A stretch of 45,831 nucleotides of DNA from Polyangiales bacterium (GCA_038230375.1 JBBRNJ010000072.1:1-45831); one strand, 5' to 3'. Shown: positions 1-9,860, counted from the stretch's first letter. Numbers and translations are program-made. Notes: generated by a model from the letters alone, not told the origin.

Positions 1-235
1 CGGCGTGGCGCGCCCGGAGGATCTCCGGGTTGCGGCCCTCGGCTTCCGTCACGAGCCCCGAGAGAGGGACGGTCTCTTCGACCGACTGCGCGTGCGCGGA
101 GGTCGCGATGCCGCACAGCGCCAGCACAAGAAGAGCCGCACTCGAAGTCCGGCGCCGAGCCCGCGGTCGGACACCGTCGCGATGGATTCGCGTCGCGTCC
201 GATCTCGGCTGCGTGAGCGTTTCCAAGAAGTGCAA
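1..235 (-). CDS. N-terminal part of a TolC/CusC-like outer-membrane efflux protein (runs off the left edge; start uncertain)
   Basis: Manual translation of an open minus frame absent from the ORF track gives ...SSAALLVLALCGIATSAHA-QSVEETVPLSGLVTEAEGRNPEILRARHA: a signal peptide with AHA cleavage site followed by an LxxLxxxAxxRNPEI motif typical of OEP N-termini. It lies downstream of copA on the same strand. Confidence 0.55.
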   Translation of the reverse strand, partial: MHFLETLTQPRSDATRIHRDGVRPRARRRTSSAALLVLALCGIATSAHAQSVEETVPLSGLVTEAEGRNPEILRARHA

Positions 236-393
236 GCGCGCCGGCGAGGCGGCGAGCCGGATTGCCGCAGCGCCGATGACACACCGCAGGCCGCTCACGC
301 GGTCGCCCGCGGCGGCGTAGTGCCGAAAGCGCCGATGTGCCGTAGGTGAGGAAGCTCCTAGCGGCGAGAAGAGCGTCAGGACCCAGGTCTGTG

Positions 394-2799
394 TCATCGC
401 AGCTCCACGCGACGTAGACGCAGCGCGTTTGCGATGACCGAGACGGAGCTCAGGCTCATTGCTGCCGCTGCGAGCATGGGGCTCAAGAGCAGGCCGAACA
501 CGGGGTAAAGGACTCCCGCGGCGATCGGCACGCCGAGCACGTTGTAGACGAACGCAAAGAACAGGCCTTGCTTGATGTTCCGGATGGTGGCGCGGCTCAG
601 TCTCCGGGCACGCACGATTCCCTGCAACTCTCCCTTCACGAGCGTGATGCCAGCGCTCTTCATCGCGACGTCGGTCCCCGTGCCCATGGCGATGCCGACC
701 TCCGCTTGCGCGAGGGCGGGTGCGTCGTTCACGCCGTCCCCAGCCATGGCGACGGTGCGTCCCTCGGCCTGGAGCCTCTTCACGGTCGCGGCCTTCTGAT
801 CGGGAAGCACTTCTGCTTCGACCTCGGCGATGCCGAGCGCCTTGCCCACCGCGGCCGCGGTCGTCTTGCTGTCACCGGTGAGCATCACGATGCGGAGCCC
901 CTCCGCGCGAAGCTCCTGAATGGCGGCTGCCGCGGTGGCCTTCACGGGGTCTGCGACGCCGACAAGGCCCGCGAGCTTGCCATCCACCACCACGAACATC
1001 ACGGTCTCACCACCGCTGCGCAGCACCTCCGCGCGCACACCCAGGTCACCGCCGGGCACGCGGAGGTCCGCGAGCATCTTCGCATTGCCGAGCGCGACCG
1101 CGCGTCCGTCGACACTCCCGGCGACCCCCTTGCCCGTCGAAGAGGAGAAGTCCTTGGACGCTCGGAGGGCAAGATTCTTCTCGTTCGCTGCCTCGACGAT
1201 CGCGGCCGCGAGTGGATGCTCGCTGCCCTGCTCGAGGCTCGCGGCCAGCGTGAGCAGCTCGCCTTCGTCGATGCCGGCTGCGGTGACGAGCGAGACGAGC
1301 TTCGGCTTTCCCTCGGTCAGCGTGCCCGTCTTGTCGACGACAAGGGTGTCCACCTTGCGCATCGTCTCGATCGCCTCCGCGTTCTTGAAGAGCACGCCGG
1401 CGCCGGCGCCCTTCCCTGCGGCCACCATGATGGACATCGGCGTGGCGAGGCCCAGCGCGCACGGGCACGCGATGATCACGACCGCGACAGCATTGACGAG
1501 ACCATGCGCCATCCTGGGCTCGGGTCCAACGAGCGACCACACGACGAACGTGAGAACGGCAACCGCGATCACGGTCGGTACGAAGTATGCCGCGACGACA
1601 TCCGCGAGCTTCTGGATCGGCGCGCGGCTCCGCTGAGCCTCGCTCACCATCTTCACGATCTGCGCGAGCAGGGTGCCAGTGCCGACGCGGTCCGCACGCA
1701 TGACAAGCGAGCCCGTGCCATTGACGGTGGCGCCAATGACTCTGTCCCCCTGTCTTTTCTCGACCGGAATCGATTCGCCGGTGACCATCGACTCGTCGAT
1801 CGCGCTGGTGCCACTCTCGACGACGCCATCGATCGGTACCTTCTCACCGGGTCGCACGCGGAGCCGATCGTCGACGGCCACCGTGTCGATCGCCACGTCC
1901 TCCTCGCCTCCGTCTGCGCGGATGCGCCGCGCGGTCTTGGGCGCAAGCTTGAGGAGTGAACGGATCGCCTCGTTGGTCTCGCTGCGTGCGCGGAGCTCGA
2001 GCACCTGTCCGACGAGAACGAGCGCGACGATGACAGCGGCCGCCTCGAAGTACACCCCCACCACGCCATCCTCACCGCGAAACGAAGGCGGAAAGAGGCC
2101 GGGCATGAACAGGGCGAAGACGCTGTAGCCGTACGCAACGCCGATGCCGAGGCCGAAGAGCGTGAACATGTTCAGGCCGCGATTCACGAGCGACTGCCAG
2201 GCACGCACGAAGAACGGGGCCGCTCCCCAGAGCACGACGGGCGTCGCGAGGGCGAACTCGACGAGGGCGAGGGCGCGGGAGCCGAGTACGTGATGAAGCG
2301 GCATGCCAGGAATGAGATCCGCCATGCCAAGCAGGAACACGATCGCCGCGGGGCCGATTGAGACAGAGAGGCGCCGACGCATCGAGACGAGGCCCGCGTT
2401 TGGCGACACGTCTGCGGTCGCGGTGCGTGGCTCGAGTGCCATCCCACAGATCGGACATGCCCCCGGCGCGTCGCGCACGATCTGCGGGTGCATCGGGCAT
2501 GTGTACTCGACCTCTGCGGGTGAGACCGCGGGTGCGGGTCGCGTGGCCGTGGGTGACGGCGCCTCGGTCGAATCGGCTTTGAACGCGCCGGCCGGGCTCG
2601 CGTCACTCTTGCGTGACGATGGTGGCTCCGCAGCTGGTCCCATTGGATACGAGCCTGGTGATGCATCGAACTTCTTGACGCAACCGTGGCTGCAGAACAC
2701 GTATGTTTTGCCCATCAGCGTCCGCGTCGCTGCGGCCTTGGCTGCCACTACCTGCATGCCACACACGGGGTCCACGCCTCCAGCCTGCTGGGGGATCAT
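394..2799 (-). CDS. copA: Cu(I)-exporting P1B-type ATPase with N-terminal YHS and heavy-metal-binding domains
   Basis: DPVCGM...YVFCSHGC (YHS), YTCPMHP...[45 protein letters not shown] and MSLSS motifs. Start placed at ATG 2799; the ORF extends to 2880. Confidence 0.95.
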   Translation of the reverse strand: MIPQQAGGVDPVCGMQVVAAKAAATRTLMGKTYVFCSHGCVKKFDASPGSYPMGPAAEPPSSRKSDASPAGAFKADSTEAPSPTATRPAPAVSPAEVEYTCPMHPQIVRDAPGACPICGMALEPRTATADVSPNAGLVSMRRRLSVSIGPAAIVFLLGMADLIPGMPLHHVLGSRALALVEFALATPVVLWGAAPFFVRAWQSLVNRGLNMFTLFGLGIGVAYGYSVFALFMPGLFPPSFRGEDGVVGVYFEAAAVIVALVLVGQVLELRARSETNEAIRSLLKLAPKTARRIRADGGEEDVAIDTVAVDDRLRVRPGEKVPIDGVVESGTSAIDESMVTGESIPVEKRQGDRVIGATVNGTGSLVMRADRVGTGTLLAQIVKMVSEAQRSRAPIQKLADVVAAYFVPTVIAVAVLTFVVWSLVGPEPRMAHGLVNAVAVVIIACPCALGLATPMSIMVAAGKGAGAGVLFKNAEAIETMRKVDTLVVDKTGTLTEGKPKLVSLVTAAGIDEGELLTLAASLEQGSEHPLAAAIVEAANEKNLALRASKDFSSSTGKGVAGSVDGRAVALGNAKMLADLRVPGGDLGVRAEVLRSGGETVMFVVVDGKLAGLVGVADPVKATAAAAIQELRAEGLRIVMLTGDSKTTAAAVGKALGIAEVEAEVLPDQKAATVKRLQAEGRTVAMAGDGVNDAPALAQAEVGIAMGTGTDVAMKSAGITLVKGELQGIVRARRLSRATIRNIKQGLFFAFVYNVLGVPIAAGVLYPVFGLLLSPMLAAAAMSLSSVSVIANALRLRRVELR

Positions 2800-2976
2800 G
2801 AGAGCGCGCTCCAGCGGAACCGTGGAGTCGCCGGTGGAGAGGGTCATTGTCAAACTCCGAAGCGATCGCCGGAGACACATCCGGTGTGGGTCGCGCGCCC
2901 GACCAGAGCAAGTTCATGTCCAACGCTGAGCAGGGAGACAGAGACTGTTTGCGGCGAGGGCCCGTAGCCAAAGGCC

Positions 2977-3502
2977 TCACCTCGACCGGACCGCCTCCCC
3001 CTCGCCGGCCGCCTCGTCCCGCGCTTTCTGCGCAGCGACGCAAACGTCGCGCAGAAGGCTGGCGATTCGTCTGTCCATGACCTCGTCACCAGTGGAGTGG
3101 GAGCGGCGCAGTAGGATGCGCTTGTCGTGGCGAGTACCGCGCACGTATTCCCTGGGCAGACGCCAGCTCCGGCGACGTGAGCCCAGAATGCGCACCGCCA
3201 ACGTGCAGCGCGCGCGTTCAGGCGCCGCACGAGCAGCCCAGTAGTGCCGAACGAGCCCCCACGGCGTCATCAGGCCCTGCACCAGGCCCGTCGCCAACGT
3301 GGCGAAGGCGGCCGGAACGACGACGAAGCGTGTAATCGGCGCGATGGCGAGCATCATGGCGCGCACCGTTGCCGGGTCTACCGCGCGCAAACCGACGACC
3401 GCGAGCGCCAAGAACGAAGCGGCGGCGCCGAGCCAGCCCACCGAAGCGACCACGTGGACGATGAGAAGCGCTTTGCGCGCTGCAGGGCCGAGCATCTTCA
3501 TG
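2977..3502 (-). pseudogene. DUF2269-like integral membrane protein, 3' part degraded
   Basis: ARKALLIVHVVASVGWLG...TGLVQGLMTPWGLVRHYW is recognisable; after HYW (about 3240) the frame turns into Arg-rich non-membrane sequence. Confidence 0.6.
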
Positions 3503-3642
3503 AAGGGCCGTGGGGGTGGTGCATGCCGTGCCCGGTCAAATGAAGCCCCACGAAAACGATCAACAGCAACAGCGACACACACGAGAAATATCTTCACCCA
3601 GCGGGGCATTCCGCGGCGTCCAGCTGTCGCGTCCGATTTCAT
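3498..3642 (-). pseudogene. Small membrane peptide (PRWVK...LHLTG..H type), frameshifted
   Basis: MKSDATAGRRGMPRWVKIFLV continues in a different frame as LLLLIVFVGLHLTGHGMHHPHGPS-stop; the shift is near the GTGTGTGT tract at about 3574-3582. Confidence 0.55.
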
Positions 3643-3648
3643 GACCAC

Positions 3649-3689
3649 GTTTTACGGTACACACTGTCTCTGTCAAGACACGGTGTTCC
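3649..3689 (-). promoter_or_regulatory. Divergent promoter with two tandem TetR-type operators
   Basis: Minus-strand TTGACA (3676-3671), 16 nt spacer, TAAAAC (3654-3649). Two 15-bp imperfect dyads, GGTACA-cac-TGTCTC (3656-3670) and AAGACA-cgg-TGTTCC (3675-3689), lie between TetR and its divergent target. Confidence 0.6.
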
Positions 3690-3717
3690 CGCCGAGCCGG
3701 TGGGCTAGACTCTCCAC

Positions 3718-4287
3718 GTGCCGAAGCTCTGGAAACAGACCATCGCCTCGCATCGAACCGAGGTTCGTGAGGCGATCATCGAGACGACCGGCTCGCTCGT
3801 CGGCTCGCTCGGCTTGCGCGCGGTCACGATGCTCCAGATCGCGAAAGAAGCCGGAATCGGGCGAGCCACGCTCTACAAGTACTTCCCCGACGTCGAAGCG
3901 ATCCTTCGCGCGTGGCACGAGCGCCATGTCTTCGCCCATCTGACGGAGCTCGCGGCGATGAGTCACGCGCCGGGCGATCCGATGAAGCGCCTGCACGCCG
4001 TCCTAGAGGCATTCGCAGCGCTTCAACATCGCCGGCACGCCGCCGATCTCGTCGCGTTGCTTCACCGTGGCGCTGCAATGGACGACGCAAAAAGGAAGCT
4101 TGTCGCGATGCTCGAGAGGCTGCTGACCGAAGGCGCGAAAAAGGGGGAAGTCCGCCGAGACGCCGCGCCAGCCGAGCTTGCGACGTACTGTCTTCATGCG
4201 CTCACAGCAGCGAGCCAGCTTCGGACGAAGGCGGCCGTGCGGCGGCTCGTCGAGATGACGATCGCCGGCGTGCAACCACCGCGTTGA
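3718..4287 (+). CDS. TetR/AcrR family transcriptional regulator
   Basis: GLRAVTMLQIAKEAGIGRATLYKYF HTH; 189 aa. Confidence 0.93.
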   Translation: MPKLWKQTIASHRTEVREAIIETTGSLVGSLGLRAVTMLQIAKEAGIGRATLYKYFPDVEAILRAWHERHVFAHLTELAAMSHAPGDPMKRLHAVLEAFAALQHRRHAADLVALLHRGAAMDDAKRKLVAMLERLLTEGAKKGEVRRDAAPAELATYCLHALTAASQLRTKAAVRRLVEMTIAGVQPPR

Positions 4288-4573
4288 TCGGAGTGACGCT
4301 GCCCCGAGCGCTGGCACCGGCCCAAGCCTGACGACGACGGGGCCGACGGTGCTGGGTGGTGTCTTGGCACCGAGGCCCCAGGCGGCTGAGAGGCTGAAGG
4401 ACTACCGAAGCGGTACCATCCTTCTCGACTTCCTCAGTCTCGAGTAGTCCCCGCCCCACGTCTTCGATCACGGCGGCAAACGATTTCGCTAACGCGCGTC
4501 CGAGATCGGCGGGATAAAAGGTGTGCACCGCGCGCGTGAGCGTGGGCATCCTGGATTCCGATGGCGATTCGTT

Positions 4574-4622
4574 TCAGCGTCCCAAGCTGGATGTCGCCGG
4601 TTCGAACCCGGTGTCCCGCTCC
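4574..4622 (+). pseudogene. 3' half of tRNA-Gly(CCC); probable att-site remnant
   Basis: TCAGC-GTCCCAA-GCTGG (anticodon arm, CCC), ATGTC, GCCGG-TTCGAAC-CCGGT (T arm), GTCCCGC-T-CC (acceptor 3' strand). No matching 5' acceptor strand or D arm upstream. Confidence 0.75.
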
Positions 4623-5180
4623 TCACCTTCGTCACTTGGTACGCCAAAGAGGGAACGCTCTCTATCCATTCCATCTTCACCCGCCGCCGGAAGCCTTCTA
4701 TTGGTTGACCATCCTGTTCACGTTTGCCCTGCGGACCGCGAGGGGAGATCTGGTCGCTGAAAAACTCGGCGTCGGCTATCTCGTCACTGGCCTCATCGTC
4801 GTGGGCGTGGTCGCCGCCTTGGGACTCGCGTGGCGAGCTGGGTTGGACGCGGTACTGGGCGCGACGGTCACCAGCGCGGTGTTCCTCGGCGCGATTCTGG
4901 CGGTCGTCATCTACCTTGCTGTCACGCACAAGGATCGCATCGACGCTCCCCCGGCGCCGAGCCCTATCGAGAAGAAAGGACGTGCTGCGATCGTGCAGGC
5001 CGTCGTGGTGGTGGCCGTGCTCGTCGGCGTCGGTGTCACTGGCTACTACTTGCGCAGCTCGCAACTTCAAAAGCAGGCGGCGGCATCGGCTTCGCCAGAT
5101 CGGCCCCTTGGAGATCTGTCGGCGTTCCGCACGATTGCAACCGATATGCTGGGCTTCGTGCGTTCCGGCGTGACGTCGCT
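4620..5180 (+). pseudogene. Fragment of a COG4705/DUF347-type membrane protein with a fused soluble domain, frameshifted and truncated at both ends
   Basis: WYAKEGTLSIHSIFTRRR in one frame, then EAFYWLTILFTFALRTARGDLVAE in another (shift near 4690). No start codon; breaks off after LGDLSAFRTIATDMLGFVRSG. Confidence 0.7.
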
Positions 5181-5192
5181 ACGCGGCGGCGC

Positions 5193-5684
5193 CTACTCGG
5201 CCCCGACGAACGCCCCATCCTCTGCGAAAGTGGACTCGTGCGCCCTGGAGTCGGTGGTGAAGGCGAGCTCATAGGTGGTCGGCTTGCCTGACCGTGTCTG
5301 CTTCTCGGCGCTGCTCGGCGTCGCACCGGGGTACTTCGCGCGGAACGCAGCCAGAACCTTCGCGGGGACCTGATCGACCGGGACCATCTGCTCGACTTGA
5401 AGGATCGTACCGTTGGGAGCGACGTCGACTTCGATGTGCTCGCCACCCTGCCCGATCAGCTTCACCGCGAACTGCTCGTTGCCGTGGTCGCGCTCCGCCT
5501 TGCACGCTGAAAGCGCGGAGCCGGGGAACTGCTTGGCGACCGAGCTCGTCACCACCGCTGAGCAGCTGCCTGGCTGCGCGTCGCCGCTCGTACCGCTGGG
5601 CCCAGCTGAGTTCGCCGCTCCTCCGCACGCAACGGCCGTCGACAGCGCCATCACAAAGCAGAAACCCGATCGGAGCGGCGACAT
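5193..5684 (-). CDS. Lipoprotein with tandem PepSY-like (BLIP-like) domains
   Basis: Lipobox AVAC; KQFPG...EVDVAPNGTIL and VPAKVLAAFRAKYPGA...YEL...TFAEDG repeats. Confidence 0.75.
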   Translation of the reverse strand: MSPLRSGFCFVMALSTAVACGGAANSAGPSGTSGDAQPGSCSAVVTSSVAKQFPGSALSACKAERDHGNEQFAVKLIGQGGEHIEVDVAPNGTILQVEQMVPVDQVPAKVLAAFRAKYPGATPSSAEKQTRSGKPTTYELAFTTDSRAHESTFAEDGAFVGAE

Positions 5685-5691
5685 CCGAGTC

Positions 5692-6054
5692 TCAGCGCGC
5701 GATGACGAGGAGCAGCGTTGCTGCAACGGAGATGATGGCGCTGCCGCCGATCACCTGCAGGCCGCGGTGCCGGTAGCCGGCCAGCGTGGCCTTGTCTGCG
5801 ACGGGGGTTGCCCCCGATTCCGTCATCCGCATGCCGCGGAGGGCGGTGAAGCCGCACGTGCGCACGAGCCCCGCGTAGACGCCGTAGGTCCCGAAGAACA
5901 ACGGAAGCCCGAGAAGGGCGCGGTAGCCCGCCGGCACACCCAATCCGAGCGATATCACGGCCACCCCAAGGGCCGCCGCGATCATGCCCACGCCGATCCG
6001 GAGCTGCGCATTCTGGCTGCGCGAATCCAGGTTGCCGAGGGCGATCTCGCTCAT
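5692..6054 (-). CDS. Small hypothetical membrane protein (about 3 TM)
   Basis: Hydrophobic segments, a TCG motif and GC-rich codon usage; 7 bp upstream of the PepSY-like gene. Confidence 0.65.
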   Translation of the reverse strand: MSEIALGNLDSRSQNAQLRIGVGMIAAALGVAVISLGLGVPAGYRALLGLPLFFGTYGVYAGLVRTCGFTALRGMRMTESGATPVADKATLAGYRHRGLQVIGGSAIISVAATLLLVIAR

Positions 6055-6152
6055 GCTCTTGATGATAGGTCCGGCAAGGCCACGCTGCCAGCCCAACACT
6101 TCGGAAAAATGGCCTCCTCCGCCGCGGTCCGGTCATCGTACCCTGCACGAGA

Positions 6153-8924
6153 ATGCTGGGTTTTGCGGGCATCACGCGCACGCTGTATCGGTGGCTCGAC
6201 CTTCGCGAGGACGAGGGCCGCGTCGTTGCGCAGGTGTTTGTCGCGCTCTTCCTGATCATCGCTGGTCACACGACCCTGGAGACGGCCCGGGACGCGCTCT
6301 TTCTCAGCAAGCTGCCGCCGAGCCAGCTGAACGTCGTCTACCTGGTCCTCGCCGCGTTGACGTTCTTCGTGAGCGCGGGCGCCACGCGGTTCGCGGGTGT
6401 CTTCGGTCGCCGCAATGCCCTCATCTGCTCGCTGGTCGTGGCGGCGTACCTGATCACGCTGCTCCATCACCTCACGCCCACGCGTCCAGTCGTCCTCGCG
6501 CTGTACGTCTTCAGTGGCCTCGTGGGCGCAGTGCTGTTGCCACAGTTCTGGCTGCTCGCGGCGAAGCTGTTCACCGTGGCGCAGGCGCGTCGTCTCTTCG
6601 GGCCCATCGCGTCGGGCGGCGTGCTCGGCGGCGTGTTTGGTGCCACCGCGGCGGCGCTCGTGGTCCGCGTATTTCCGGTCACCTCGCTGCTGCCCGTGGC
6701 CGCAACGTTTTTCGTGATCACGGCGGTCGTCCTCACCACGATCACGGTCGAAGAGGGCGCCGTGAGCGAGCGCATCACCCCTCCCCCACCCGCGAAGGAC
6801 TGGGGGGTGCTCCTGCGCGAGAACCCGTTCCTCGTGCGCCTTGCGACCCTCGTGTCGCTCACCACGGCCGCGCTCCTCGTGGTGGACTACGTGTTCAAGT
6901 CGACAGTGGCGCGTGAGCTGCCGGCTGCCGAGCTGGGCTCGTTCTTTGCGCGCTACTACGCAGCGGTGAACGTGCTGTCGCTGGTGGTGCAGCTCTTCGT
7001 CGCGAGCCGCCTCATCCGTCGCATCGGCGTGATCCCTGCGGCGGTCGTCATGCCTTTGTTGCTGGCCGGCGGCGGCGTGGTCGCGATCTTCGGCGGGGGT
7101 GCGCTGCTCGTGATCCTCGCGCTCAAGTCCGTTGACGGGAGCATGAGGCACTCGCTCAATCGCGTGGTCACGGAGCTCCTGTACCTGCCCATCCCCACCG
7201 AGGCGCGGGAGCGTGGCAAGACACTGATCGACGGAGTGCTGTCGCGCGTGGTTCAAGCCGCGGTTGCCGCCGTGCTGCTCGGGCTCGCTGGTCTGGGGTA
7301 CGCCACACCGCGCGTGCTCCTCTTCATTGTCGTCGGGCTCGCTATCGCGTGGATGCTTGCGACCGTCAGCCTGCGTGGCTCCTACCTCGATCTGTTCCGG
7401 CGTGTGCTCGCGCGCGACCCACGTGCGCCGAACGCCGGCGCCCTTGGTCTGGACGCAGCCGCCGTGCTCGTGGAGGCGCTCGCGAGCCCGGAGACACCGA
7501 AGGTGCTCGCCGCGATCGACATTCTGGTCGAAAACAAGCGCGCGAACCTCATCCCCGCGCTGGTCCTGTACCACGACGAGCCGACCGTGCTGGAGCACGC
7601 GCTGGGGCTCTTTGGCGACGAACCACGCGAGGACTGGATCCCGCTCGCGGAGCGCCTCACCAACCACCAGGACGAGTCCGTGCGTGTGGCTGCGTTGCGC
7701 GCGCTCGCGAAGCACGGGCGCATGGGCGCTCTGGAGAAGGCCGCGGACGACCCGAGCTCGCGCGTCCAGGCGTACGCCGCCTTCCTGCTCGGACTGCAGC
7801 ACGCAAAGGGCGACCTGCTCCTTGATCCGCTCATCTCCGTGATGCTCCGCGCAGACGGCGAATACGGGCATCGCAGCCGGCTCGGGCTCCTGCGCGCGAT
7901 CTCCGACACCGGCGATCCGCGGGCCATCGGCGTGGTCCTGGAGATCGCGGCGCTGGAGGCCGACGGAAACGAGGAGCTCGTGCTGCAGCTCGCGGAGGCG
8001 GTGTCGAAGCTCAAGGATCCGCGCTTCGTGGCGCCGCTCGTTGCACGCCTTCGGCTCCGCATCGGGCGCGAGGGTGTTCGCGACGCGCTGGTGGTCCTGG
8101 GTACCGCTTCGCTCGACGAGCTCGAACGGGTGCTCACGGACGTGAGCGCCGCGCAGCGCCTTCGCATGCAGATCCCCCAGACCATCGCGCGCTTCGACTC
8201 GCAGCGCGCATGCGACATCCTGAGCGACGCCCTCGTCCGTGAGGCAGACGGCCTGGTTCGCTACAAGCTCCTTCGTGCGCTCGGGCAGCTGGTGGCGCGG
8301 AACGACGTGCGCGTCGACCGACAACGTATCGAGCGCGAGGCCAAGAAGAACCTCGAGGACTACCTGCGCCTCTTCGCACAGGATCACGCGCTCACCACTC
8401 GCGGTGGAGCGGCTGCGCTCGCGACCTCTCCGTCCGGCCGCGTTCTCGCGCGCCTGGTCCTTGACAAGATGTCCCAGGCGCAAGCGCGCGCCTTTCGCCT
8501 CCTCAAGATCGCCTACAAGCGCGAGGACATCCATCGCGTACATGCTGCCGCGCAATCGAGCGACAAACGCGCGCGCGCGAATGCGGCGGAGTTCCTGGAC
8601 GTTTTGCTTGCGCGCGGCGACCAGCGCGAGCTGCGCGCGCTGCTCAGGCTGGTGCTCGACGACGCGCCGCCAGAGACCCGGATCGCGGAGACCGCGGCGT
8701 TCGTTGGCGCTGCACCCAAGGACGCCGATGAGGCGCTCGTGATGCTGGTCGCGGACCATGACGTTGCCATGGCTGCGCTCGCGGCGCACCACGCGATGTC
8801 ACAAGGCCGCCCCGAGCTTCGCGCGCGTATCGAGATGGCGAACACGTCACGGCCGTCCGTCTTCGCGATCGGCAAGCGGCTCTTCGGCGACACTGCCACG
8901 AGCCTCGAGGTCCAAGGTGCCTGA
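6153..8924 (+). CDS. NTT/TLC-like (ATP/ADP exchanger family) MFS transporter fused to HEAT repeats
   Basis: About 12 TM N-terminal region with ETARDALFL, QFW...F...QARRLFG.I..GG..G, VDY.FK, LRHS-type (MRHSLNR) and ELLYLPIP..R...K..ID motifs, followed by about 500 aa of helical repeats (DESVRVAALRAL, DPSSRVQAYAA, DGLVRYKLLRALG). Confidence 0.8.
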   Translation: MLGFAGITRTLYRWLDLREDEGRVVAQVFVALFLIIAGHTTLETARDALFLSKLPPSQLNVVYLVLAALTFFVSAGATRFAGVFGRRNALICSLVVAAYLITLLHHLTPTRPVVLALYVFSGLVGAVLLPQFWLLAAKLFTVAQARRLFGPIASGGVLGGVFGATAAALVVRVFPVTSLLPVAATFFVITAVVLTTITVEEGAVSERITPPPPAKDWGVLLRENPFLVRLATLVSLTTAALLVVDYVFKSTVARELPAAELGSFFARYYAAVNVLSLVVQLFVASRLIRRIGVIPAAVVMPLLLAGGGVVAIFGGGALLVILALKSVDGSMRHSLNRVVTELLYLPIPTEARERGKTLIDGVLSRVVQAAVAAVLLGLAGLGYATPRVLLFIVVGLAIAWMLATVSLRGSYLDLFRRVLARDPRAPNAGALGLDAAAVLVEALASPETPKVLAAIDILVENKRANLIPALVLYHDEPTVLEHALGLFGDEPREDWIPLAERLTNHQDESVRVAALRALAKHGRMGALEKAADDPSSRVQAYAAFLLGLQHAKGDLLLDPLISVMLRADGEYGHRSRLGLLRAISDTGDPRAIGVVLEIAALEADGNEELVLQLAEAVSKLKDPRFVAPLVARLRLRIGREGVRDALVVLGTASLDELERVLTDVSAAQRLRMQIPQTIARFDSQRACDILSDALVREADGLVRYKLLRALGQLVARNDVRVDRQRIEREAKKNLEDYLRLFAQDHALTTRGGAAALATSPSGRVLARLVLDKMSQAQARAFRLLKIAYKREDIHRVHAAAQSSDKRARANAAEFLDVLLARGDQRELRALLRLVLDDAPPETRIAETAAFVGAAPKDADEALVMLVADHDVAMAALAAHHAMSQGRPELRARIEMANTSRPSVFAIGKRLFGDTATSLEVQGA

Positions 8925-9840
8925 GCTCACCGAAGCAACACGCGTCGATCGGGAGCTCTTCCTGAAGTCGATGGTCCCGAGCTCTCGCTCCGCGCTCTGG
9001 GTCACGAAGCGCATCGCCGAGCAGATGGAAGACCTGGTTGCGCGGCGCGGCGAGACCATCTTCGAGGTCGGGTCGCCCGCCGCGGACTACTTCTTCATCG
9101 TCAGCGGCGAGGTGGAGATGACCCGGCCGGACGCACGTCCGTTCACGATCACCGGCCCCGGGCTCGTCGGTGTTCTCGACGTGGCGCTCGCGCGGCCACA
9201 CCTCCGAGCCGCGATCGCAAGGACCGACGTTCGCATGCTACGGCTCGATGCGAGGGCGTGGTTCGATGCGCTCGAGGACAGCTTCGAGCTCGCCAGCGCG
9301 GTGCTGAGGAACGTGTCGATGCGCGCATATACGCTGCGTTCGCGGCCCGCCCCCGCTGGCGGTTTCGACGTCACGACCGCGGACGTGCGCGCATCGTCGT
9401 TGACCACCGTGGTGGACCGAATCTTGTTCCTGGGTGACGTGCCACTGCTCAGGCAAGCCAGCACGCAGGCGCTCACGTCGCTGGCCGAGGCGTCAGCTGT
9501 CCTTCGCGTGGCGGCTGGCGAGGAGGTATTCGCGACCGGCGGCGCACACCCCCCATGCATCTTCATCGTCGGTGACGGTGAGGTTCTCGCGACCCACGCG
9601 GGTGGTGGCCCGAGCGGAAGCTTTCGCGCCGGCTCCGTCGTTGGTGGGCCCGCCGCCCTCGTGCGCCATCACGGGGACCTCACCGCGCGAGCGACCACGG
9701 ACGCGATCGTGCTCACCATCCTGGTCGACGACTACTTCGATCTGATGGAGGAGCACTTCAGCCTTGCGCGCGCGGCGATGGCGTTCATGGCGAGCGAGCT
9801 CGACACCTTGGCGGAGCGAGACGCGAGTCTGCCGCCCTGA
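8917..9840 (+). CDS. Tandem cyclic-nucleotide-binding-fold (CNB) domain protein
   Basis: GETIFEVG...FFIVSGEV and GEEVFATG...IFIVGDGEV; the GTG start overlaps the upstream stop (GTGCCTGA). Confidence 0.85.
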   Translation: MPELTEATRVDRELFLKSMVPSSRSALWVTKRIAEQMEDLVARRGETIFEVGSPAADYFFIVSGEVEMTRPDARPFTITGPGLVGVLDVALARPHLRAAIARTDVRMLRLDARAWFDALEDSFELASAVLRNVSMRAYTLRSRPAPAGGFDVTTADVRASSLTTVVDRILFLGDVPLLRQASTQALTSLAEASAVLRVAAGEEVFATGGAHPPCIFIVGDGEVLATHAGGGPSGSFRAGSVVGGPAALVRHHGDLTARATTDAIVLTILVDDYFDLMEEHFSLARAAMAFMASELDTLAERDASLPP

Positions 9841-9860
9841 TCACCAGGTGGGCGATCAGG
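9836..9860. terminator. Possible bidirectional hairpin between convergent genes
   Basis: CCTGATCACC-aggtg-GGCGATCAGG (9/10 stem) spanning both stop codons; no U-tract. Confidence 0.3.

Noticed and set aside
2815..2855. CueR/MerR-type promoter for copA
   Set aside because: TTGACA is present, but there is no convincing -10 at 19-bp spacing and no clean dyad.
3026..3056. Hairpin TTCTGC..GCGACG-caaa-CGTCGC-GCAGAA as a terminator
   Set aside because: Bulged stem with no U-tract in the relevant direction, inside decayed sequence.
4202..4549. Minus-strand ORF beside the tRNA fragment as an integrase remnant
   Set aside because: No recognisable R-H-R-H-Y or serine recombinase motif; left unassigned.
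4540..4625. Intact tRNA gene
   Set aside because: The 5' acceptor strand and D arm cannot be formed, and CCA is incomplete.
6074..6090. Sigma54 promoter upstream of the small membrane gene
   Set aside because: TGGCA...TTGC spacing is 2 nt too long for GG-N10-GC.
6051..8792. Long antisense ORFs (also 568-1959, 13550-15190, 34114-36153, 36773-39337, 43087-45561)
   Set aside because: Shadow frames opposite well-supported genes, as expected from high-GC codon bias; no motifs.
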